Shown here piece after piece: positions 52,749 through 63,197 of a DNA stretch of 64,000 nucleotides; position 1 is the first letter of the stretch, and every line of letters begins with the position of its first letter. The stretch comes from Spirogloea muscicola. Taxonomy: Eukaryota. The notes beneath the pieces are model-generated. The model saw nothing but the letters and a program-made list of their open reading frames with translations. It searched no databases and was not told where the DNA came from. A program made the translations under genes and the position numbers. Where the stretch lies: contig WELB01000010.1 of assembly GCA_009602725.1 (NCBI GenBank), positions 756,965-820,964 on the forward strand, in the 5' to 3' direction.

Positions 52749-53689
52749 CCCTTGGAGTCGGCGTGAGCAAGGAGAGTGCTTCTCATGCGAATGCTGCAGG
52801 TGCTCCTGATCACGCTGACACAATCTGGGCAGGGTCATGGCTTGATGGGCTGGCGCATGTTTTGTTGTGGACTGACTGTGCCACAGAGCTGCCGCATTGG
52901 CAGATGAGTGATAGTCATGGACTTATGCTTCAGACACGAACAAGTAATAAAGTAATGCATGCTGCCCCGTTGAGATGCCTGCTATGCAAGTTTGCAGGGC
53001 CTTCTGATTTCTATAGTCGTAAGAAAGTGGCGTGGCAGGTAGCAAGCTGTCCTGCAAGCATGATGTGGTGCACAAGACTAGAGTTGTGCAGGACAGATGC
53101 TCTTACGACTGTCCGACGAGCATTAGCACTTCGAACTAGGCAGCGCCGCTTGGGACATACCTGTGTGCACGATGCACCCTGTAGCTATGTTAGCAGCAAT
53201 AGCTGCTCACTGCATCACCAGCCTGCTACCATGTGGGCATTTGCGGCTTGTGATGCCCCAGCCGCAGCAGGTCAACCTTGGGACCCACCAAGCTTCGTGC
53301 TTTTTCTGTTCACATTGAGCAGTTGCCCTGCAGCCTGGCAGCCTAATAGCTGATAGCCCCTGATGGAGTTTGCCAGACCCCTGTGTCCATCCAGCACGAG
53401 CTGCAAAATCTCTGTAGTAAGCTGCGATGATGAAGCAAGCGGGCAGGAAGCAGCAGCAGCAGCTTCCTAGACGGGCTTTGCTGTGGAGCAGCGCTCAGTC
53501 AATGCTCTTGCTGACACTTCAGTGCGGCTGTGAGAGCCAGCCAAGCATGTACAGGGATCGGAAATGTGTGTAGAGCTTCCACGCTGCAGAGGGAATGAGC
53601 AAGGAGGGCAGCTTAGTACATCTCCTCAGTAAAGTGCAACCAAATGAGCTCAGAGGTGTTGAATGTAGTAATTTGGTGAATCAGTAGAA

Positions 53690-54720
53690 GAAAGTGCTCG
53701 CACATAGAGAAGAGGGGCTGGCAAAGCCAGCCCAAGAAGACTGGACAATTTTAAAGCCAGAGAAAGAGGTGCCGAAAAAGGACTACACCACAAAACACTA
53801 CAAAACACAAGACGATGCAGAGGGAAGCTCAGTACCCGCGAGTGAGCAACAGCAGGTCGGAGTAGCTCGCTGCATGGAAAGAGGCATTCCGCCGTCGAAC
53901 CAGTGGGCCGGGACATTCACCCATCCAGCTCGTCCTGCTGGGCTGATGAGAGTCTCCCTAGATAAGGAGTGCTCGCCCATAGAGGATAGAAGTGGCTCTC
54001 CCAATGGGGGCAAGGGCTGTGAGAAACCAGCCCGAAAAGAATTGACAAGGTTCGAAGGGGCCAATTTACGAGCAAAGCAGCGACTGCGGGGCCTGAAAGA
54101 AAGCAAGCGCGGCCAGATTAACTGGTGGCTGGGAGAGGCCAGCCCAAAAGAATGGACAAGGTCTGAAGGAGACGGAGTGCTAAGGACTGAGACAACAGTA
54201 AGCGAACTCTCAGTGACCTCTCGTCAGTAGATGCAAATCTGCGTAGCTAGCAGGCGGAAAGACGTCGCCCTGACGGAAGCCGGAGGCCGCCGCCAGAGCG
54301 CGGCCTGCGCGCAAGTGGACCGCAAAAGCTAGGGACCGCTGCAAAGAGACGGCCAGGCGCATCCGGAAAACTTGGGCGAGAGACCCGGCGACATGGAAGC
54401 CAGGCTGCTCGCCCTGCTGCCCTGGCGGCGGGCCGCTGCTCGCCGGGCTCGCCTGAAGAGGCTATGGCAGAACGGGGGAGGATGGACCACTCAGCACTTA
54501 CGAGTGAGGAGCCTCAGAGGATAGGGGCTGGGAAAGGGCTCGCCCATTGAGGATAGGGGCTGGAAAAAGCCAGCCCAGAAAAGAATGTACAAAGGACGAG
54601 AAGGGGCCAGGGGAAAGACCAGCCCAAAAGAATGGACAAGGCCGGAAGGAGCCGGATGGCACATTCTTTTCTGGGCTGGCTTTTTCCAGCCCCTATCCTC
54701 AATGGGCGAGCCCTTCTCTC
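53690..54720 (-). mobile_element. Stack of CRE-like 3' ends of several subfamilies
   Basis: Minus-strand ORF ends (CTCACTCGCGGGTACTGA at ~53840; SLAQVFRMRLAVSLQRSLA at 54320-54385). The UTR at 53990-54097 is nearly identical to 2128-2236 in reverse complement. Confidence 0.72.
54534..54715. repeat. Perfect 55-bp inverted repeat of retroelement 3'UTR sequence
   Basis: AAGGGCTCGCCCATTGAGG...AAAAGAATGT (54534-54588) is the reverse complement of 54661-54715. Confidence 0.92.
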
Positions 54721-54785
54721 GATGGCGCAGAAAGCAAGGTACTGTGGGAGGCCACGGCATGTTCCATAATTGGCCTGAGCGATCT

Positions 54786-55060
54786 CGGCGGCTCTGTGTG
54801 CGGCTAGTCGGCGTTGTGTGCGCGGCAGCTGTGTTTGCGGCTAGGCGGCGCTGAGTGCGCGGCGGCTCTGTGTGTGGCTAGGCGACGCTGTGTGCGCGGC
54901 GGCTCTGTGTGCAGCTAGGCGGCGCTGCGTGCGCGGCGGCTCTGTGTGTGGCTAGGCGGCGCTGTGTGCGCGGCAGCTCTGTGTGCGGCAAGGCGGCGTT
55001 GTGTGCTTGCCAGCTCTGTGGGCGGCCAGGTGGAGCTGAGTGCTCGCTGGCTCTGTGTGT
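54786..55060. repeat. 37-bp minisatellite, ~7 copies
   Basis: Unit CGGCGGCTCTGTGTGTGGCTAGGCGGCGCTGTGTGCG in tandem, decaying to the right. Confidence 0.9.
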
Positions 55061-55202
55061 AACCAGGCAAGTCTTTGTGCTACTCTGAACTCTGTGTGAC
55101 CATGAGTGGATCTGCGTCTGCGTCTGCGTCTGCATCTGCGCCAAGACGAGGACGGTCTGCTGGTCCTCCCACATCACGACAGGAAGTGATCGCTGTAGGA
55201 CG

Positions 55203-55430
55203 TGAAAGCCAGACTACAGACTGCAGAATGTGAACAGCAGGTACAGGTTGCTGAATGTGAAAGACAAGAGCAGGCAGAGCAAATAAACTTTCAGGTTATG
55301 GGCCCACCGGGCGGCTCGCTTCCTGTCCTTAGCCCCAAACTATCTGGAGAGACAAACTGGACAGTATGGAAGTAGAAGATGACAAGACTACTCCAGTATC
55401 GAGAAGTCTGGGATGCTGTAGACCGCAATG
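55203..55430 (+). mobile_element. Ty1/Copia 5' remnant: LTR 3' end, half-tRNAiMet primer-binding site and gag N-terminus
   Basis: AATAAA...CTTTCA (LTR end at 55293) directly followed by GGTTATGGGCCCACC (55294-55308), complementary to the anticodon arm of plant-type initiator tRNA-Met. Then PKLSGETNWTVWK*KMTRLLQYREVWDAVD, resembling the Copia gag N-terminal motif. Confidence 0.72.
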
Positions 55431-55647
55431 CAGTTCGTGGGTTGTGTCGGCCCACCTCAAGAGAGAATCAGGCAGCATTAGGTTCTACAGCATCCCAGAC
55501 TTCTCGATACTGGAGTAGTCTTGTCATCTTCTACTTCCATACTGTCCAGTTGGTCTCTCGAGGTACTTTGGGCTAAGAACAGGAAGCAAGCCGCCCTGTG
55601 GACCCATAACCTGAAAGTTTTCTTGCTCTGCCTGCTCTTGTCTTTCA
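55258..55647. repeat. Long inverted repeat (arms 55258-55422 and 55484-55647, ~61-nt loop)
   Basis: Direct reverse-complement comparison: the loop-proximal ~68 bp are perfect and the distal ~95 bp carry about a dozen differences. Confidence 0.95.
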
Positions 55648-55859
55648 AGAGGGACAGGTGCAGAATTGCTAAGCATGGCTGAGGGCAATTGCTAGAGATT
55701 GGCATGACAATGCAGCTCGCAAGAGCTTGGAAGCTCTGGAGCGGACACACGGGCGTCCCTTGCCATGCCTCGCAATGGTGCATCGAGGATCCACCGACCC
55801 CCTTTCAATTTCCCCATCGTTCGGGCTTATAGAACTCGCAGAGCGGCCGTCTCGCTTGG

Positions 55860-57240
55860 AAGGAAAGAAGGCGCGTTGCGCGTATGAAGTGGATGGAGGC
55901 CAATCAAGCCAATGCATTTTTCAGCCAAAGCTAGCGCAAAAAGTGGGGTAACATAATAAAGAAGCCCGATGCCAAGGGGGCTAAGGCAATAGGTCTCTGA
56001 CCTGCGGCTGCTCAACAGGGAGGTTTGAGCACCCAGTGGCCACTCGAGTCGCTGTGTGCTTTAGCACTTGTCTGGCCCCTTCAGAGTTTATCATTCTCTT
56101 TCTGGGCTGGCCAGTCAGACCCATCGCCCTCTACTGGAGGAATCTCTCACACAAACAGGCGCAAATCTGTTCCCCATTCCTCCCGTGGGCTCTCGCCCGT
56201 GCGCCGCGTGGTGGCGTGATGAATGGAGTGTGTATTGAGTGATGGAGGGTGAGTGGCCAAGTACAAAAGCAAGCACATTGACATATGTACATAACCTGCT
56301 GCTAAGCTGACCCGCTCAGTAAGCACAAGTCAGCAACAGAGGTCGCTAACTGAAGCCCGAAAACGGGACGCCAATTGACAATTCCGTGTGCCACCAGCTA
56401 AGGCTCGACCACCTGTCTGGTGCAAAGCTGACCCTGAGATACACGATGTTGCATAGACGACAGATAGGCTGCCGGCATGCCCATCTCGGCTGGAAGCATA
56501 TCCTCACTTCGGGCATATCCTAGACTTGCGTTGTTCTCAAGTATGAAAACGAGGAGCCATGCAGCCAAAGGTGTCAATTGTGGCTGGTAAAAGGTGATCG
56601 CGACGGGGGAAGTCAGAGTGCTGCAGCTTTCTCTGCTCTGCACTTCCCTCTGCATTAGTGTCCCCCTTAGCCAGCTCATTACCCAGTTAACAGGACATTT
56701 GTAAGGCTACAAATTGGCCTCCCTTTCAGTCTCATGCGCACCGCGCGCCTTCTCTCTCTCTCTGCGTGGCCAGCAATGTGGGTCGATGCTGGGCTCTCAT
56801 ACGCCTCCGTCACAACCACATCGACCAAGGCTCCTGGACCTCCGCCAGGTTGTACACCCACAAAGTCTAGAGTGCGACGGTGGTGGCGTCCCTGAGCGTC
56901 CGTGGTTATATCCTCACTGTAAGGCAATGGCTGCGAGAGTCCAGCCGAGACGAGGAAGCCCAAGGAACGAACGAGGTCCGAAAGGGCCGAGAGGCGCCAA
57001 CAACACAGAACCACGCTCAGTCAAAGAAGCAAGCCCTGCCAGATTAACTGGTGGCTGGGAGAGGCCAGCCCCAAGGAATGGACAAGGTCTGAAGGAGCCG
57101 GAGTGCTGAGGACTGAGACAGCAGCAAGCGGACTCTCAGTAACCTCTAGTCAGTAGATGCAAGTCTCAATAGCTAGAAGGGGGGGGGGAAGGCGCGCGGG
57201 GCGCATGAAATGAAAAGGGAGGCCAATTCAAGCCAATACA
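55860..57240. mobile_element. CRE-like fragments, including an RLE core (minus) interrupted by a plus-strand 3'UTR piece
   Basis: Minus strand TDAQGRHHRRTLDFVGVQPGGGPGALVDVVVTEAY (homologous to 19790-19910). UTR modules are shared with 2374-2478, 19320-19460 and 54110-54240. Confidence 0.68.
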
Positions 57241-57400
57241 CAGTTCAAGCAGAGGCGAGTGCAAACTAAAGAAGACGGAAAGACGTCGCTCAGTCTCGCT
57301 CGCTCGCTCGCCACCCTGCGAGTCAGCCGGCCGCATTGGCTCTGCCGCCGGTCAGCCCTGCCCTGCAGCATCTCCGGCAGCGCCGGCGGCGGCGGCGGCG

Positions 57401-60400
57401 ACGGCGGCGGCGGCGGCGCGGGCGGACTGCCGGCGGCGGCCGCCGCCCTCGTCACCGCCGCCGTGCTCGCCGGGCACGGCTCCCGCCTCTGCTCTGCGAC
57501 GCTCCAGACACCTGTGAGCCTCCGACAGTCCTTGTGCCAAGCTCAGGACGGACGCAGTTGGCGTGGCTGCCACGGTTCGATGCTCGCCTTGCGCCAGTGC
57601 CGCAGCGCTCATTCTTGCGGGGCGGGCCGCCGTTCAGGTGGCTTTTGACGGGCAGCTGAAGGACCTCCAATGGGTCGGGGCCGACGACAAGGTGCAGTCA
57701 GTCGGAAGGCAACCGGCATTGCCAACGGAGGCCTCGTTGCAGGAGTTGCTGAAGCCCTGCCGGGACTGTCCATGGCTTGGCCACAGCTATGAGCGCGCAG
57801 CCTAACGGACGCAGAAGCGTCACTTGTGCTGCACGTCGTTCATGTGTGCGGCGGGCAGGTCGTCTTCGCCGTGACGGATACTGGCCACCTCTGGAGGTCC
57901 ACGGACGGCGGCACGACATGGACCGACCAAGTTGAGGAGGGCAAGGTGACCCCCAGCTTCGTTGGGCACCTTGAGTGGCTTCTCGTTAGGTGCTGCGTGG
58001 CAGCAGCAGTCACATTGTCGGGTGATCGCCACGACTTGCTGCTCTTGGAGGCATCCCAGCGACATAGCATGACTCACTGTCCTATCTGACGTGCTTGCTC
58101 CTCAGCTGGAGGGGGCCGTGGACCGTCCTGAGCCCAAAGGGTAGGCTGCTGCGACTTGGTAGCACTCATGGCTTTGCCAGCACTAGGATCTCTGTAGCAA
58201 GTCCATGGGCCAGCTGCACCTCAAGTCGCTACAATGCTGTGCTGCACGCTGCAGCAAAGGGCAGCTTTGGAGCTCAAGCATCGATTCATTCTTGGCCCAT
58301 CATTGATCCTTGAAACTCTGCAAGAAGTTTTACTTCTGGAAGTGGTACTGTATGTCGGGAAGACATCGTTTCTTACAGGCAACAGAGTTGATGTACCATG
58401 ACAAGTGGCGCCAAGTCCAGGCAGTTGACAGGACTTTGGTGTCTGCAGGACTTATGAAGCAGGCCCAGGGGTGGAAATGCTACTCTCGCATCCTGGCGAT
58501 CCTTCCAAGGTATGCTGCAGAGTTTGTCTGCAGTGATCGCAGATTGCAACCAAGCCCCGGCATCTTGATAGCATCTGAGTATGGAGCCCCATGAAAATCT
58601 TGCAGATCTTCCTTCAGGGATCGACAGATACGCACTGGATCAGCAGAGACCGCGGTATGTCGAGCCTTCACTCATCCCAAGAGGCACTATTGGGTGCAGG
58701 CAGGAAGTCCTGGCTGTGTTGGGTCGGGGTTTGGATGGCATTGTGCAATCACTCTTTGCTTGTCGATTTGTCTGGAGACGCAGAAAGAGTCTCATGCCAC
58801 CTTCTCAGATGGCCAGCAGCCTGGATAAGGTGGTGAGATTGTCAGCTGGCAATCTGACAAGGTGCTCATTGTCTACAGGCCAAACCTACACGAAGGTGCA
58901 GGGACCAGCTGGTTACATTGGCTTCGTCACCATCCGCATGCATCCAACCGAGACAGACTGGGTATGCCTTCCCCATACCTTTGCTTCTCCCAGACTGCTT
59001 CCTCTGAAGCAGATGCATGGCTCCACATGCAGATCATGGCTTCTCTTGTCAGTCTCCAGACAATAGATTGAGATTGTTGCAGTGTTGACGAGAATCGGTC
59101 CACAAATGACAGATGTTGGTCATAGCCAAGAGGTGGGACTGCTGGTCAAAGGTCTCGGCGGCACACCCAAGCAACTGCGGGGATGATGTGAGTGCTTCCA
59201 GTATTACTTCATCTTGTCCCTCCTTTGATAGTACCTATCTAGCAAATTCTTCTGCACACTGGGTATCAAGCCATAGCTTCGTCTGTTAACAAATTTGACC
59301 AGCGACTGCCTTGGGCAGTGCCAGTCTTGACTAATCTAGCTCCCACTATTAATTCTGCACACATATTACTCAAGATGTGAAGTTGCCACAAAGGTTGAGG
59401 AGGGAGCAGCATTGACCAGACCTAAGATGCATTACCAGCTGACATGTAGCTTATACACCTGTCCACTACGCTGTTTGTCAATATTGCAGCTTTTCGTGAC
59501 CCTTGATTTTGGAGAGAATTGGCAGAACCTAACACTGGCAGCGCAGGTACTGTATAGATCTCGTACTTGTAGGACAAGATGGTCTGGTATTGTACTTTAT
59601 TGTATATCATGTTGACATCGTGACTGGAGAGTTGCAGTGACTGCTTGTCAAGATCGCCATGTGAATTCGTCATCCTGATCACTGAATTTCTGAAAGTTTT
59701 GTAGGGACGAATTCTTGGCTTCACCGACTTTGATTGGGCTTACCATGTTGTAAGTTGCGTCAGAGCATGTCTCAGTGTTGTCAATGATCTTGCCTCATAT
59801 TGTACACAATGGTGATTGTATGCCTTTCCTGCCCTTACAGACGCCTCCTGCAATGTCTGGCTCGCACTGCAACGCACTTGACAGTCATACTTGAGGTGCT
59901 GCTATGTAGCTTCCAGGAAAGGCTGCTCCGGGGGCCAAGCCTCACGAAGAACAGTGGGCTTCCCAGCCAGGGTCTGGCGGTCTGCAAGCTGTTACCAAGG
60001 CAGGTTGCAAAGGCCTACTCTAAGTTGTGCTCTAGATGTGCTCATGTCCCGCTATTGTGGTCAAAGAAGTAAGTGGCATTGCTGCTGCCAGCTTGTTGCT
60101 CTGATCAGCTGTCGTACCTCACGACTTTGATGGTCATGATAATACCTCTAGTGCGTGAGTATCTAAAGCATGTCTACTGTTGGTGCGCAGAAATCTATCA
60201 TCGCAACAGTGTTTGAGAATCGCAAGGACGTCAGGGATTGGTATGCGAGGGCCAGAGTAATGGGAGGGCTGCTTGGGTGGAGTCCTTACCTTGACTTTGT
60301 CAGGAGCGACGACTTCTTTGCAAGCAAGCACGTGACGGTAGTCTCCGGTGGCAACCAGCTGGAATTTGTCGGCGACTTACTCTTTCTGGTGAGCAAGCTA

Positions 60401-63197
60401 AGTCATTCACCACACAGAGACGGAGATTGGGCCCTCTGCTGCAACCACCTTACCAGCATAAGTGCGACTCTTCTTCTGCAAGTCTTCAATGCCGTTGCCC
60501 TGGCGTGCATGTGGGCAGGCTGTGTCAGGCAAGCGCGGACAGGAGGTGCGCCTGAAGATCAGTGCCGACAGGGGATTCTCGTTCACGGACGCCTGCTTCC
60601 CAGTGCCTCTTGCACAGAAGGGCTACAGCGTCGTCGACGTGAACCCCTCAGCAGCTTTTGTCCACGTGGATTATGGTGAGACGGGGGGGCAGGATGGCGG
60701 GGCAGTGCTCGTCAGCGACTCCAGCTTCACGCTCTTCACATGGGCCATGGCCCACATTGGCCGCGCGCAGCTCAGTGCGGCCGTGGACTTTGCTCCCGTA
60801 CAGGTTAGGGAAAGACATTCAGCTGCTGCAGATCTCTACCTTGCATGCTCCAGTCCTCCGTCTGACATCCTCACAGGCACTAACTTTTGCATCTCATTTC
60901 AGTAAGTTGCTGGCTAGTCTTCTTGCTAGCTCAGCATTTGTTTTCCTCCATATACATTGTCTCTGTGTTTGCCTGTGATTAGCATCTGGAGGCAGAGAGT
61001 AGGGACATTGGGTATCCCGCCTTGGCGCAAAAGCTTACAATAGATCTGACTGACTTCGATCAATATAATTCTCTGTACCAGGGCCTTCCCGGTGTGTACA
61101 TTGCCAATCAGTTGATTGGCGACCAAGGATCCCGAGCAGCCGCTGTAAGTCATACTTTGGTGATAATCAGGGAGGAGTTGAGAATTTGCCCTCTACTACT
61201 CACAGTATCACAGGGATTAGGGTATAGGGGATTAGGGTAGGGATTCAGAGGGCCTTCAGTTGGTCGCCGTTGGTCTAGTAGGGCGTAAGTTGGCGACCTT
61301 TGAAGGACTATGAAAAGAAGGGGCATGCCTGCTTCATGACATTTAGGACCTTACTCCTGACACGTGTTTTTATGCTACCTTGTGCAGACTCAAGAAGATA
61401 GTGTTGAGGGAGAACCAGAACCAAGCCAGATCCAGATCGCCAAATCCAAGACACTGATCACCTTCGATAACGGGGCCACCTGGGATGACATAAGAGCTCC
61501 CAAAAGAGACTGCAAAGGGAAGTCAATTGATTGCGATCCTAACAAGGGATGCTTCCTTCATCTCCATGGGTCCTCCAGTTGGGGTGCAGCAGGCTTTGCA
61601 TTCGTCTACTCTCACAAGTCAACCCCAGGCATCATTCTCTCCACTGGAAATGTTGGGCAATACCTGTACGAGGACAACGTGGTCAACACGTACCTGTCCA
61701 GAGATGGTGGCCAGACATGGGAGGAAATCGCCAAGGGGCCCCATGTGTACGAATTTGGTGACTCTGGCGGCGTGATCGTCCTGGCCAAGCATTACATGCA
61801 GGTCAGACGACTACACAGGTCGTAACCTCCCTCAAGTTGGTCAACTCCAGTCAGGTACTTGGGAGTCCTTGCCAATGCGCGTTGGAGTTTGTTGTGCAGG
61901 GCCCCACTAAGGAGATACTGTATTCACTTGATGAGGGCCTCAGCTGGCAGAATTTCACAATTCCAAAACACCAGGACATCACAGTCTACAATATCAGAGT
62001 GGAGCCCGACAATGCAGGCCGCAAGTTTCTCGTCCAGGGTCTGGCTGCTGTGACATCAGATGATCTTGGCTTTGGGGACGAGGAGGCTTTGGATGGGGAC
62101 ATAGAGAGGCAACCTGTCATTCTCCCTTTGGACTTTGAGACCAGCAACGACTTCTATGCACTGTGCGGGAGAAGCGACTACGAGATGTGGTCACTCACAA
62201 TTGACCGCTGCCTCTTAGGCCGCAACATCTCCATGGAACGTCAGGTGAGCCCTCTGAGCCCCTCATTTGCACAATGTTGATTCGTCTGGATGACACTTGC
62301 AGTGCCCGCCTCTCTGAAGCAAAGATGGCTGCCTTGCTATCAGCCCATATTTGTTTGTCACATGTGGTACTGTTTGCAATCGATGTTTGCCTATGCCAGC
62401 GTGAGATGTTGTGAGATGTGAAACCAGCTCACAAACAGGTCGTCCTTATCGTTTTCGCCTAATGAGCTTGTGAACCACATGGACGCAGAATGCCAAAGCA
62501 TGATGTATCCATCCATTCTAGCACTTACTTGACAGCACTGCGGTTGATCAGGTGAGGGAATCCAAGTGCTGGAATGGAAATTCCTACTCAAGGGCAGACC
62601 CTATATGGCAGCCCTGCCCATGCTCCAGATCAGACTTCCAGTGCGATTATGGGTACATGTACAATATGGCAAACGAGAGCAGCCAGGGCTCTCTTGATTG
62701 CATTCCAGTGCCCTGGCTAAAAGACATTGAGGAGAATTGCCCTATACTTGCCCGTGGTGACTATCACTATGGCAAGACACACGAGCGACTTGTGCCGGGA
62801 GACAATTGCACACATGCCGTTATGGACGCCGGCAGCTATACCAACGTGGGAGAGAGCAGGAGCAAATCTGGCTCCTCATGGCTCATCTGGCTGCTCGTCC
62901 TCTTCGGCTTTCTCGCTGCAGCCTTCGCTGGGCTGGTCGTGGCAGCCAACAGAGTGAGCCTGTCAGAGCCTGTCAAGCATTGGATCTGCATCCCATCATA
63001 GTGTCCATACCGAGAGCTCATCGCTGTACTTGGTCCCACATTTGCAGGGGTTGTTGCCAGACAGCTGGCTGCAGAGATTCCCGTATGCCGAGAACCTGAG
63101 ATACCGCAACCTCCGTGGCAACTTTGAGTCACTGGCTGACGACTTTGGCCTGGCTGGGGGAGAGGACGTGTACAATGAGGAGCTTTATAAGCACTGA
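57401..63197 (+). CDS. VPS10: VPS10/sortilin-domain sorting receptor (paralogue b), multi-exon; start codon uncertain
   Basis: VAFDGQLKDLQWVG, LWRSTDGGTTW, LFVTLDFGENW, ISADRGFSFTDACFP, GLPGVYIAN, ITFDNGATW, CFLHLHG, TPGIILSTGNVG, TYLSRDGGQTW, CPCSRSDFQCDYGY, VPGDNC and TM LIWLLVLFGFLAAAFAGLVVA. Last exon 63048-63197 encodes the tail GLLPDSWLQRFPYAENLRYRNLRGNFESLADDFG...*. Confidence 0.93.

Noticed and set aside
54786..55060. CRISPR-like array (37-bp periodicity)
   Set aside because: Units are contiguous with no unique spacers, the context is eukaryotic, and no cas genes are present.
55294..55308. tRNA-Met gene
   Set aside because: Only a 15-nt complement is present with no cloverleaf; it is a primer-binding site.
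55258..55647. MITE interpretation of the long inverted repeat
   Set aside because: No target-site duplication; the inner rather than terminal part is best conserved; the arm has Copia PBS and gag features.
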